Source: Microgenomates bacterium OLB22
Lineage (GTDB): Bacteria; Patescibacteriota; Microgenomatia; UBA1406; HO2-37-13b
Assembly: GCA_001567515.1 (NCBI GenBank)
Contig: LLEV01000006.1
Span: 69,039-133,038, forward strand
DNA length: 64,000 bases
Direction: 5' to 3'
This document shows, in pieces, positions 36,703 through 45,751 of the stretch. The position numbers were made by a program, and so were the translations under genes. Under the pieces are notes generated by a model that worked only from the letters and a program-made list of their open reading frames with translations, ran no database searches and was not told where the DNA came from. Each line of letters begins with the position of its first letter. The first letter of the stretch is position 1.

Positions 36703-38173
36703 GAACAGCTTTTACTGCTCTCTGCCAGCCCTTGTAATACTTTTCAATTTCTTTCCTTTCTGTCGTTGGAGTAAAGGATGTTAGATCATGGGATTGTATT
36801 AACTGGTCCTTATCCTTCCATAGGCCTGTGGCCAGTCCTGTTAGATATGCAGCTCCAAGAGCTGTAGTTTCGACTTGTTTTGGCCGTTGGATACTGACCC
36901 CCAAAAGATCAGCCTGAAACTGCATCAGGAAATCATTGGCGCTAGCTCCCCCATCCACTCTAAGCAGCTTGATAGATATCCCCGAGTCTTTTTTCATGCA
37001 ATCAAGGACATCTTTTGTCTGATAGGCGATAGACTCAAGGGCTGCTCGGATGATATGATCCTTTCCTGTTCCTCGTGTTAGACCAGAGATAATACCTCGG
37101 GCATCCATGTCCCAGTATGGCGTCCCCAGCCCTACAAAGGCAGGTACAAAATAGACGCCGCCATTGTCATCAACGTTTTTGGCGATAATCCCAGTTTCTG
37201 CTGCAGTATTGACGATCTGTAGCTCATCCCGGAGCCATTGGATCACTGCCCCTGCGATAAATATGCTCCCTTCTAGTACGTAGGTCACTTTTCCACCGAT
37301 CTCCCAACCGATGCTAGTAAGCAGACCCGAGCGGGATGACACAGGACTCGTACCGGTATTCATGAGCATAAAGCACCCTGTCCCATAGGTGTTTTTCACG
37401 TCCCCTTTGTCAAAACAAGTTTGACCAAATAGAGCTGCTTGTTGATCTCCGGCGATCCCTGCGATCGGGATCTCAAGCCCCAGGTATCTCTTATCCAGTT
37501 GCCCATAAATCTCGCTGGAACTTTTGACTTTAGGAAGGATCTCCCTAGGAACACCTACTATCTCCAGAAGTTCAGTGTCCCACTCAAGCTTGTGTATGTT
37601 AAATAGTAATGTCCGTGAAGCATTGGAGACATCAGTTGTATGCACGGTCCCGTTTGTGAGATTAAAAAGGAGCCAGCTGTCTATCGTGCCAAACAAGAGT
37701 TCTCCCCGTTTGGCCCTCGGTAAGAGATCTGGATATGTATCAAATAGCCACTTCAGCTTTGTCCCGGAAAAATAGGCATCGAGTACCAGACCAGTTTTTT
37801 CTTTGAACATCTCTTCATATCCATGTCTGCGAAGCTGCTCACAGATATCATGAGACCGACGACACTGCCACACTATAGCAGGGTGAACAGGCTTACCTGT
37901 ATCCCTGTCCCACAGCACCGTTGTCTCACGTTGGTTGGTGATCCCTATGCCAGCGATATCCTGAGGATCTATCTTCGCCTTGGTTACTACCTCTTTGAGT
38001 GTATGTATTTGGGTAGCCAAGATCTCCATTGGGTCATGCTCTACCCACCCGGGTTGCGGAAAGTACTGCTTGATCTCTTTTTGTGAGACCCCGATTATAC
38101 TTCCCTTTTTATCAAAGATAATACTTCGTGAGCTTGTGGTCCCTTGGTCCAGGACAAGAATGTATTTTTTCAT
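36686..38173 (-). CDS. glpK: Glycerol kinase
   Basis: '[21 protein letters not shown]' with FGGY-family conservation throughout. The start is taken at 38173, in an ATGA overlap with the upstream ORF. Confidence 0.9.
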   Translation of the reverse strand: MKKYILVLDQGTTSSRSIIFDKKGSIIGVSQKEIKQYFPQPGWVEHDPMEILATQIHTLKEVVTKAKIDPQDIAGIGITNQRETTVLWDRDTGKPVHPAIVWQCRRSHDICEQLRRHGYEEMFKEKTGLVLDAYFSGTKLKWLFDTYPDLLPRAKRGELLFGTIDSWLLFNLTNGTVHTTDVSNASRTLLFNIHKLEWDTELLEIVGVPREILPKVKSSSEIYGQLDKRYLGLEIPIAGIAGDQQAALFGQTCFDKGDVKNTYGTGCFMLMNTGTSPVSSRSGLLTSIGWEIGGKVTYVLEGSIFIAGAVIQWLRDELQIVNTAAETGIIAKNVDDNGGVYFVPAFVGLGTPYWDMDARGIISGLTRGTGKDHIIRAALESIAYQTKDVLDCMKKDSGISIKLLRVDGGASANDFLMQFQADLLGVSIQRPKQVETTALGAAYLTGLATGLWKDKDQLIQSHDLTSFTPTTERKEIEKYYKGWQRAVKAVLKKVD

Positions 38174-38601
38174 GGTTCGTTGTTGCATACGGTGACGCAT
38201 CTCCCATAGTTCGTATCACAGCGCCAGCAACCACCCCCACAATCAGCGTTAGTGGTACATGCATTTTGAGGTCGAGGTCCACTAGCATTGTCCTCTGGTT
38301 CAGTGGGTTTGGGGTTATTTGGGATGTTTGTGGGGGGAGGGGCTATCTGGATAGGGTCAGTGGGGCGCGGAGTCGACTCGACTCTTGTTGTGGGATTGGC
38401 ATAGATGATAGTTGGGTCTACAGGGACAGCAGTAGGCATAGCGGAGATCTCTGGGGTGAGCAGTGTATTAGGTAAAGTGTTAGCCACGGGGATGAGAAGA
38501 GTTCTGAGCAGTAGGATAGTAAGTGCTGCACCACCTACTAAGAGCAATAGTTTCGTATGCCCTATCATGGGTATATTGTACCTTATTTTGGACTGTGACA
38601 A
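38170..38601 (-). CDS. Small anchored Pro-rich protein with C-terminal Cys-knot-like module
   Basis: TM helix '[15 protein letters not shown]', a Pro/Thr region, then '[25 protein letters not shown]'. Confidence 0.5.
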   Translation of the reverse strand: MSQSKIRYNIPMIGHTKLLLLVGGAALTILLLRTLLIPVANTLPNTLLTPEISAMPTAVPVDPTIIYANPTTRVESTPRPTDPIQIAPPPTNIPNNPKPTEPEDNASGPRPQNACTTNADCGGGCWRCDTNYGRCVTVCNNEP

Positions 38602-38646
38602 AAAAAGCCGCCTAGCTGTTGGGCTAGACGGCTCTGGGCTGGGCAG

Positions 38647-39045
38647 TTAATGCTCCCACTCCGCGATCATCCGCTGAATCGTGTCCAGCGGGACACCGTG
38701 GATGTTGCGATCGGCAGCAACCTGCGGGTCCGGGTGCTGCATCACAATGATCTCGATAGTGTAGCCAGCATCTCTGGCAGCGTCAACGTAGCGCTGATAC
38801 TGCCACCTGCGGACATTGGTATTGTCCACGATGACGATCTCAACGCCCTCCTGGAGGCTGCTGCAGAATGCGGCGTAATTCTTATCATGATTGGCCTTGA
38901 GCTGGGCGGGATCAAATCGGTACAAACCATCGACGTAGAAATAATCATCCGTCGAGTGGATGACTCCGGTCGTCCCGACCAGGCTCTTGGCCCGCGTGCT
39001 CTTCCCGCTTCCGGGAACACCACGCATGATGTACACGGTCTTCAA
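38647..39045 (-). CDS. P-loop NTPase/kinase (AAA_33-like)
   Basis: Walker A 'GVPGSGKST' and 'VIVDNTN'. Hand-counted GC is about 57% over 38701-38820. Confidence 0.65.
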   Translation of the reverse strand: MKTVYIMRGVPGSGKSTRAKSLVGTTGVIHSTDDYFYVDGLYRFDPAQLKANHDKNYAAFCSSLQEGVEIVIVDNTNVRRWQYQRYVDAARDAGYTIEIIVMQHPDPQVAADRNIHGVPLDTIQRMIAEWEH

Positions 39046-39118
39046 AGAGTACCTCCTGCAGGTGTTTTAGAAGTGAGTGGAGAGATTATATCATATTATA
39101 GGCTTTATGTAAAGAAGG

Positions 39119-40021
39119 TTATTTTCCGTTGTATGCCTTTTCTAGCTGCCTTATATCGAGCTTTTTCATCTTGAGTACTGCTTGGGTTACTCGGTCCCTT
39201 TTCTCTTGATCTGGGTCCTTTAGCATCTCATCCAGTGCAATTGGATTTATCTGCCAAGAGACACCATAGGCATCTTTCAGCCACCCACATTGCTCTGAGT
39301 CTGGATCGGCGGAAAGTTTTTCCCAGTAGTAATCGATCTCTTCTTGGTTTGTGCAATTCACCACAAATGAAAATGCTTCGTTGAAAGAAAACTCATGATC
39401 AAGTGAGCTATCCATAGCTGACATCTGGAGTCCTTCGAGTGTAAAACGCGCATGCTTTATCATCCCTTCTTCCTCAGGCTCACCATCTCCGTTGCCATAG
39501 CGCATGATGTCAATAATTTCCGAGTCATGAAAAACAGACTTGTAAAAACTCATGGCTTTCTCTGCTTTGCCAAACTGCTCACCTACGAACATCAGTGATG
39601 GGGTTATCTTTTGATTTACTGGACTATCTCCGACATACATGATCTGCCAGGAGAGGCCAAATTTATCTTGGATCCACCCAAATTTCTCGCTAAACGGATA
39701 CTCGCCAAGCTCCATGAGGGCCATTCCGCCCTTGGATAGCTCGTCCCAGAGGGTTTGTGCTTCGTCCTTTGTGTTGCATGCTACGGTAAAGGATATAGCA
39801 GGGGTGAATCTGAAGTAAGGGCCTGCACTCATGAGTCCGACCTCAAGCCCTGCGAGCTCAATGCTGAGTATCTCAACGGTGCCTGAAGGGGTGTTATTCA
39901 TAACTGTCGTGCTCTTGATCTTTGAATCCGGGAAAAGTGAGATATAGAGAGTAGCGGCTTCACGAGCCTCTTTATCAAACCACAAAAACGGAGTTATCTT
40001 TTGCATAAGTGCTTTCACCAA
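39119..40021 (-). CDS. Tandem VOC/PhnB-like (3-demethylubiquinone-9 3-methyltransferase domain) protein
   Basis: Two repeats, each with 'ITP(F/S)LMF...' and 'CGW(I/L).D.(F/Y)G(L/V)SWQI'. Confidence 0.7.
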   Translation of the reverse strand: MVKALMQKITPFLWFDKEAREAATLYISLFPDSKIKSTTVMNNTPSGTVEILSIELAGLEVGLMSAGPYFRFTPAISFTVACNTKDEAQTLWDELSKGGMALMELGEYPFSEKFGWIQDKFGLSWQIMYVGDSPVNQKITPSLMFVGEQFGKAEKAMSFYKSVFHDSEIIDIMRYGNGDGEPEEEGMIKHARFTLEGLQMSAMDSSLDHEFSFNEAFSFVVNCTNQEEIDYYWEKLSADPDSEQCGWLKDAYGVSWQINPIALDEMLKDPDQEKRDRVTQAVLKMKKLDIRQLEKAYNGK

Positions 40022-40024
40022 TTA

Positions 40025-40720
40025 TTAATTGCTCAAGGAACTTTCATTTCGCTTAGTTAATTTTAGTATGAGCCTATAGCCGTCATCTGTTGTCTCTACT
40101 TCAAAATCCTGATCTATCTGTAACTCTTCAAGAGCTCGATTAAGGGCAGCCCTACCTGAACGATAGGGGGGAAATTCTTCTTCGACGATAAACATTCCTC
40201 CAGGGCGTAGAACCCGTTTAATTTCCGCTATGAGGCGCTGTTTCTCTACCTGGACTTCTTTTTCGGAGGCAGTAAAGCCAATAACTCCATCCTCGAGCGT
40301 CTGCGTATCATCCTTTATGTGACCACTAAGGACATTCGCGATAAATATGATATCCACAGCTTCCCTATCAAAGGGCAAGTGTGTGCCATCTGCATGGACT
40401 AATTCCCCTTGTACACCATCAGGTAAGCGAGCTTCGAACGATTTCTTAAGATATGGTAGGTGGCTATAATCCATAGCCTTATGATCTCCATGTCTGAAGA
40501 CATCTACGCTCTGACTTGGGAGTAAGTCTACCTCAACAAACATATCACCTGACTGAAGTTCAAAAAGTGCTTCTTTGTTGTCCCCACCAAAGTATTTTAA
40601 GGTCCCCTGGTCGGAAAATAGGCGATTGATTAGAGCTCGGTCCCGTTCGCCAGGTCCTATTTCAACAATCATTCTTTGAGGTTTGACACCTTCATGTTCT
40701 ATAGGCTCTGCCGCCTCCAT
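40025..40720 (-). CDS. Class I SAM-dependent methyltransferase
   Basis: 'IVEIGPGE' (motif I-like) and 'VLRPGGMFIVEE'. Confidence 0.55.
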   Translation of the reverse strand: MEAAEPIEHEGVKPQRMIVEIGPGERDRALINRLFSDQGTLKYFGGDNKEALFELQSGDMFVEVDLLPSQSVDVFRHGDHKAMDYSHLPYLKKSFEARLPDGVQGELVHADGTHLPFDREAVDIIFIANVLSGHIKDDTQTLEDGVIGFTASEKEVQVEKQRLIAEIKRVLRPGGMFIVEEEFPPYRSGRAALNRALEELQIDQDFEVETTDDGYRLILKLTKRNESSLSN

Positions 40721-40761
40721 TTTTTTAGTTTAACAAATTGAAACTACATCAGTGACCAATG

Positions 40762-40845
40762 CGGAGGGTACAGGATTTGAACCTGTGTGGGATTGCTCCC
40801 ACGAGTTTTCGAAACTCGCGCATTTAACCGCTCTGCCAACCCTCC
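40762..40845 (-). tRNA. tRNA-Ser (anticodon CGA)
   Basis: Acceptor GGAGGGT/ACCCTCC, anticodon stem-loop CGAGT-TTCGAAA-ACTCG, long variable arm, T arm ACAGG-TTCAAAT-CCTGT. Confidence 0.9.
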
Positions 40846-40930
40846 TACTGAACTCAATGTGAGTTGCTGACATTGTAACAAATGAAAGGCTATTCTGCCC
40901 TTCCCTACGCTTTAGTCCATGCTCAAGGTG

Positions 40931-40939
40931 TGGTAAAAT
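40931..40939 (+). promoter_or_regulatory. Extended -10 box (TGgTAAAAT) about 9 nt upstream of tRNA-Ser(GGA)
   Basis: A sequence match only, and the -35 is weak. A mirror 'TGTTACAAT' (40872-40880, minus strand) precedes tRNA-Ser(CGA). Confidence 0.35.
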
Positions 40940-40948
40940 GCTCCTACT

Positions 40949-41036
40949 GGAAGGGTCGCATAGTGGCCTAGTGCGCACGCTTGGAAAGCGTGTAAGGGTA
41001 AAACCTTCGGGGGTTCGAATCCCCCTCCTTCCGCCA
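40949..41036 (+). tRNA. tRNA-Ser (anticodon GGA), CCA encoded
   Basis: Acceptor GGAAGGG/TCCTTCC, anticodon stem-loop CACGC-TTGGAAA-GCGTG, long variable arm, T arm GGGGG-TTCGAAT-CCCCC, terminal GCCA. Confidence 0.9.
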
Positions 41037-41376
41037 AATGGGATGCTCCCCCTTCCAACAGATGATGTAGACTGATATAACGGTCTAATCTGAGGGTTCG
41101 ATATGCCCGGATAGCTCCATACACCCAGAGAGGAAAATCGAACCAAGTAGTGTCTCTTTCTGGCTAAATGTCAGATCGTTTGTATGATTCTGCTATCAGC
41201 CATGAGCGTCTTTATACAATCGGTTATCCTGTTTACATCATGCTTTTCAAAATGTTTCGTCATGCAATGCTATTTGTGCTTTGAAGATTTTATCTTCATG
41301 TATCGTTAGCTGCTCTTTAGACATTTCATCGCATTTAAGATACACTATAAAGGAGGTATCAAAGCTTCTAAAGGCT

Positions 41377-43308
41377 TTAAGTTTCTAACCTGCGGAGACT
41401 GAAGACAAACTCGTCGTCCGGATTCCACTCGCTGCCAGGTCCCGCCCAACGGGCATCCGACCACAGACCATCCTCATACCGTACCAGACGGAAGACATTA
41501 GGATAGCCGTCCGAGTCGGTAATTTGTTTCATTACTATCCAATAGTAATCTCCCAGTGGTTGATCCTTAGTCGCGAGTCTCATATGTGGTCCTACTTCTG
41601 CTGGACATAAGTCCAGTCCTAATTCTTGCATTTTTCTGTACACTCGGCCTGTTGTTGGATTGCCAGAGAGTCCTAAATCTCCAACCTTTAACCTCACAGT
41701 ATGAAGTGTTTGAGGAATGGGCAGGGTAGTAAAATCCGGAGAATTTATCATGTCCTCAGCGTAAGAGGTTACATAAACTCCGGCTTGTTCAAGCTCACTG
41801 AGAAGCTGTTCTTTTGTTTTCCCACCAATTTCAACACTTTGTCTTCGTATTTTTCCTTCTGGAAAGGAGGTATAAACATGCTCTATATTATACTCCTGCA
41901 ATCTATCAAAAATCCCAGGAACAAGCGGTCCAATATATGCTCTGGTATCCGGTCTTAACTCTCCTAGGTTATGCGCAATCTGAGACGGCTCACAACCAAA
42001 AACAACCAGCATATCTAACTCTGGATTTCTTTGATTTCTCAATTCCTCAATTCGTGGATCCCTACTATACCCATATCCAAATCCTTGAATTGGGCTGTCT
42101 ACTTCATATAAGAAGACAAGCTCAGAAGCATCAAGTGGCGCACCACTTTGCATTTTGTGGTCTATTTCTGTCAGATGCTTCATGTCAGCAACTTTTTTCT
42201 GATACGCTTTCCCATCTGGAAACTCTTCCAGTTTTCGCTCAACTATAGGAGCCACATACGGGTCAAGATTTTGTCCAGGAGCAATGCCACGAAATTCTGC
42301 AATACTATTACCTTCCATTCGGATAGCAAGACGGGGAACAATTGGGTTGCCATCTTTATCTATGGAATAATACACATGAAAATCGCCGCCTTGCAGTTGG
42401 GTGCGAGCGGTATCTACACTTGCAGTGCACCATTCAAGTGGATACCCTTCCAAGGATTGGGAAAGAGGGGTGGGATCTGAGCCCTGTGGATAAGTAACCC
42501 ATCTCCCGCGCGTTTCTTGCAACCCTTCGGTTGAATATTCAGGAAGTTCGATGAGAAATTGGGTATACAATCGTGCAAAATCTTCGGTTGAAAGGAGTTG
42601 CTGAAACTGACTATCGTCAAGCCTAACACTTTTATTTTCCGCGGGGTGCCGTTGATTTTTGGGTTGCCTTTTTTGTTCAAGTTGTGAGCGGATAGAGCCA
42701 ATAGTAAGTGCGAGTGCCCGAGGATTTAAGGATGGAAATGGAGCAACTGTGTCTTTTGATCTTCGTGTAAACCGTGCCGTTTCTTTTCCTGCATCATCGA
42801 CGCGCTTTTCTAGTTTGCCCATGGCCACCACAGATCGCAATGTCCAATATTTTGCCCAATCAGGATATTCAGCATCATCTGAGGAAAGATAGTCAACCCA
42901 CTTATCAAGACTTCTGGTTTGATCGGTAATAATTTGTTGGGTTTTTTGCTCTCTAAAATCATCAGTTATTTCAACATCTCCATGTCCGAGTTCTCGAGCA
43001 ATGCGCTGCTCCAAAAGAAGGGCTGATTCAGGGATATCTGTAGGCTTAATAATAAATCTTGTATGTAATACTCTTTTGAGCGCAGCAACTCCATGCTGAC
43101 GTCTTTCAGAGTCTTCTCGATCTGTGATTTCTGTAAATCGACTCAGATAATTCTGAATGCGAAGCAACGGGTCCTGTGGAACTCTTTCACCCGTACGCAT
43201 AAAGGTACGTCGGACAGCTTGATCTACCTCAGGGGCGTTATGAAAGTCATATTTTCGTTTGAGAAATTGAGCGCCATCTGCAGAGTCTTCCATAATATAG
43301 TATAGCAA
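41377..43308 (-). CDS. Large hypothetical protein (643 aa)
   Basis: Uninterrupted ORF. The central segment 'WCTASVDTARTQLQGGDFHVYYSI...PRLAIRMEGNSIAEFRGIAPGQN' loosely recalls PcfJ-like proteins. That is recalled from memory and unverified. Confidence 0.5.
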   Translation of the reverse strand: MLYYIMEDSADGAQFLKRKYDFHNAPEVDQAVRRTFMRTGERVPQDPLLRIQNYLSRFTEITDREDSERRQHGVAALKRVLHTRFIIKPTDIPESALLLEQRIARELGHGDVEITDDFREQKTQQIITDQTRSLDKWVDYLSSDDAEYPDWAKYWTLRSVVAMGKLEKRVDDAGKETARFTRRSKDTVAPFPSLNPRALALTIGSIRSQLEQKRQPKNQRHPAENKSVRLDDSQFQQLLSTEDFARLYTQFLIELPEYSTEGLQETRGRWVTYPQGSDPTPLSQSLEGYPLEWCTASVDTARTQLQGGDFHVYYSIDKDGNPIVPRLAIRMEGNSIAEFRGIAPGQNLDPYVAPIVERKLEEFPDGKAYQKKVADMKHLTEIDHKMQSGAPLDASELVFLYEVDSPIQGFGYGYSRDPRIEELRNQRNPELDMLVVFGCEPSQIAHNLGELRPDTRAYIGPLVPGIFDRLQEYNIEHVYTSFPEGKIRRQSVEIGGKTKEQLLSELEQAGVYVTSYAEDMINSPDFTTLPIPQTLHTVRLKVGDLGLSGNPTTGRVYRKMQELGLDLCPAEVGPHMRLATKDQPLGDYYWIVMKQITDSDGYPNVFRLVRYEDGLWSDARWAGPGSEWNPDDEFVFSLRRLET

Positions 43309-43479
43309 CAGAATTTGATTCTCTTTATTTCTGAATTACAAAATTACTCAACATACTCATCCAAAAAATTGTCAGATGATGGATGAGTAAAGACGATCTA
43401 CTCTTTGTGCAGACACCAATTTCATTGAAGTATGATGGTATAGTATACGAATAGATAATGTAGAAAATTTGTTACTTTC

Positions 43480-44193
43480 ATGATTGCCAGTATCGCACAA
43501 ACACTACTCCGTACGTATTCTTCCACGAGACAGCATGAACGTGTAGATCCCGATCAGAAAGGCCTCTTCCAAAATCGCATGGAAGATTATGCACAGAGGT
43601 ACCAATTTGCCCAGCAGTATGTGAAAGACAAAAGAGTTCTTGACATTGCGTGTGGTGAGGGATATGGGACATCAATCATTGCCCCACTCGCTCATAGTGT
43701 TGTAGGGGTTGATACAGATATAGAGGCTATCACTTTTGCACGAGAGCGATACGGAAGTGTAGATGAAAGAGCTCGATTTGTACATGCTGATGCTCTAGAC
43801 TACCTACATGATCTAAAGAATACTTTTGATGTGATACTTTCATTTGAGACTATCGAACATGTCGCAGATCCACATCGCTTTCTGGCATTGCTTCATAAGA
43901 CACTCAAGGTAGGCGGTACTCTACTACTCTCCACACAAAACAAATTGTTTTCGGATGTCTTCTTTGGCGGGACGGCAAATCCCTACCATGTCAAAGAGTT
44001 CTATATCGCGGAGCTACGAGCCCAGATAAAGGAACTCTTCCACCTAACACCTACACTCTATCTGCAAGGACCAATAGCTGAGGGGGCCATTGTCTCTTCA
44101 ACGCTCTTTACTTTTTTCTTCAGAAGGTCGAAGATCATTCAAGAGAAAGCTGGTTACAGTGGCCTTAATATGATCTTTGCAGTGACTAAGTAA
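43480..44193 (+). CDS. Class I SAM-dependent methyltransferase
   Basis: 'VLDIACGEGYGT' (motif I) and 'FDVILSFETIEHV'. Confidence 0.7.
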   Translation: MIASIAQTLLRTYSSTRQHERVDPDQKGLFQNRMEDYAQRYQFAQQYVKDKRVLDIACGEGYGTSIIAPLAHSVVGVDTDIEAITFARERYGSVDERARFVHADALDYLHDLKNTFDVILSFETIEHVADPHRFLALLHKTLKVGGTLLLSTQNKLFSDVFFGGTANPYHVKEFYIAELRAQIKELFHLTPTLYLQGPIAEGAIVSSTLFTFFFRRSKIIQEKAGYSGLNMIFAVTK

Positions 44194-44232
44194 GTATCTA
44201 TTAGAACGAAATGTGTGTGATATCATAAGCAC

Positions 44233-44994
44233 ATGGATACTCCCTATTCTACCCTTTTGCTTTACTCGCTAGCTGGTGTGCTTGGAGTAACCAACATGAT
44301 TCTTTGGGGTGTGTATGCAGATCTACTTGTAGAGACCTTTCACTGGAGAAAGGTATTTCGTAGTTATTTACTGGCTGTGATTTATGCCTTTGTATTGGCT
44401 TTGACTTACCCATCACTAAATCTTGTGATAGTGGCATTGTCGATCATCGGACTCGAGAGGATCAGCACAGAGATCTATAAAGCATTTATCCGTGTAGAAA
44501 ACCAAGATAAATACAAGATACCTTCGCATCTAGGTATTCATTGGCCATCACCGATAAAAAGATGTGTTGGAGTACTTTTACATATTGTCCTCATCTCGAT
44601 CTGGTTCATCCACTTCCCTGCACTATCTATGATAAGCAAGATCATCATAGTTATTTTGACCGGACTAAGTATTGCTCTGGGAGGAATGCTCAAAGACGCA
44701 CCTTATGAGGGGTTCGATGGACTAAAGTTTTGGCGAAGTCCCAGTGTCACTGTATTTGCTGGTGTAGTACTTGGTCTGCTCTTTCCTGACTTGGATCCAC
44801 TGCCCTATGCATTTTCTATCGGTGGGTTAGAGCGTATCATGAGTGAGTGCTATAAAAAGATCCTTACCAGCAAGATCCCTGGAAAGTTTCATGATACTCT
44901 CCCTCGCAACAAGAGTTGGTCAAACAAGAGGAATATCATACTTCCTTTCTATGTCGCTAATCTCTTATCTATCTTGGCTCTCTACTGGATATGA
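44233..44994 (+). CDS. Polytopic membrane protein with internal two-fold repeat
   Basis: 'IGLERISTEIYKAFI' and 'IGGLERIMSECYKKIL' each follow blocks of TM helices. ATGA overlap with the SDR gene. Confidence 0.5.
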   Translation: MDTPYSTLLLYSLAGVLGVTNMILWGVYADLLVETFHWRKVFRSYLLAVIYAFVLALTYPSLNLVIVALSIIGLERISTEIYKAFIRVENQDKYKIPSHLGIHWPSPIKRCVGVLLHIVLISIWFIHFPALSMISKIIIVILTGLSIALGGMLKDAPYEGFDGLKFWRSPSVTVFAGVVLGLLFPDLDPLPYAFSIGGLERIMSECYKKILTSKIPGKFHDTLPRNKSWSNKRNIILPFYVANLLSILALYWI

Positions 44995-45704
44995 AGACTG
45001 TGCTTATAACGGGGGCAAACTCCGGGATCGGTAAGGCATTGGTTATCAAGTACGTGCAAGAGGGATATCAGGTGATCCTCGCCTGTCGTGATGATGATAA
45101 GGCGCGTGATGTAATACATGAGGTGAGAGAGATACACAGTGGGGCTCGTGTTGTGAGTGTCTGCCTTGACCTCAGTTCGTTTGAGAGCGTCAGCAATTGC
45201 ATCATGCAACTGGAGAAGATCGGTATAAAGCCCCAAGTTCTTATCCTCAATGCAGGGATACACATGCCCTATCGGGTCATACTAACGAAAGATAAGCAAG
45301 AGCTACAATATCAGACAAACTTTCTCTCTGCCCTGTTAGTTACACTACGCATGTTGACACAGCCATGTGGTCAGAATATTGAGCAGATTGTGTATGTCAG
45401 CAGCCAAGCCCATCATGTCGCTCGTTTCCCTATCCCAACACTAGTAGGATTTTGGTATCGGTACGCACTGTCAAAGTTTGATGCGACAGCTGCTTTTCTT
45501 ATGTTAGCCAAGAGATATCCACGCCTCGATGTCAGGATACTTTCACCTGGAGGTGTCCTCAGTAATGTCCATAGAAATAAGCCCTGGATATTGCAGCTTA
45601 TGAATAGATATATAGGGAAAAAAAAGTCAGCGCCAAGGATACGGCAGAGTCTTTCTTTGCTATCTGCAACAGTCCGAAAGATAGTAAGGTCTATTGGTAT
45701 CTAG
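44991..45704 (+). CDS. Short-chain dehydrogenase/reductase; native C-terminus lies in another frame after an A8 run
   Basis: 'VLITGANSGIGKA' and 'YALSK'. After 45618-45625 the -1 frame reads 'VSAKDTAESFFAICNSPKDSKVYWYLGKAIAPHPDCLDERNQLAVWNTALKTF', a typical RDH-like SDR tail. Confidence 0.75.
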   Translation: MKTVLITGANSGIGKALVIKYVQEGYQVILACRDDDKARDVIHEVREIHSGARVVSVCLDLSSFESVSNCIMQLEKIGIKPQVLILNAGIHMPYRVILTKDKQELQYQTNFLSALLVTLRMLTQPCGQNIEQIVYVSSQAHHVARFPIPTLVGFWYRYALSKFDATAAFLMLAKRYPRLDVRILSPGGVLSNVHRNKPWILQLMNRYIGKKKSAPRIRQSLSLLSATVRKIVRSIGI

Positions 45705-45751
45705 GTAAGGCGATAGCTCCTCATCCGGACTGTCTGGATGAGAGAAATCAG

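Noticed and set aside
40730-41146. Track ORFs 40730..41146 and 40912..41124 (138 and 70 aa).
   Set aside because: They lie on top of the two tRNA-Ser genes and their spacer, so they are translation artefacts.
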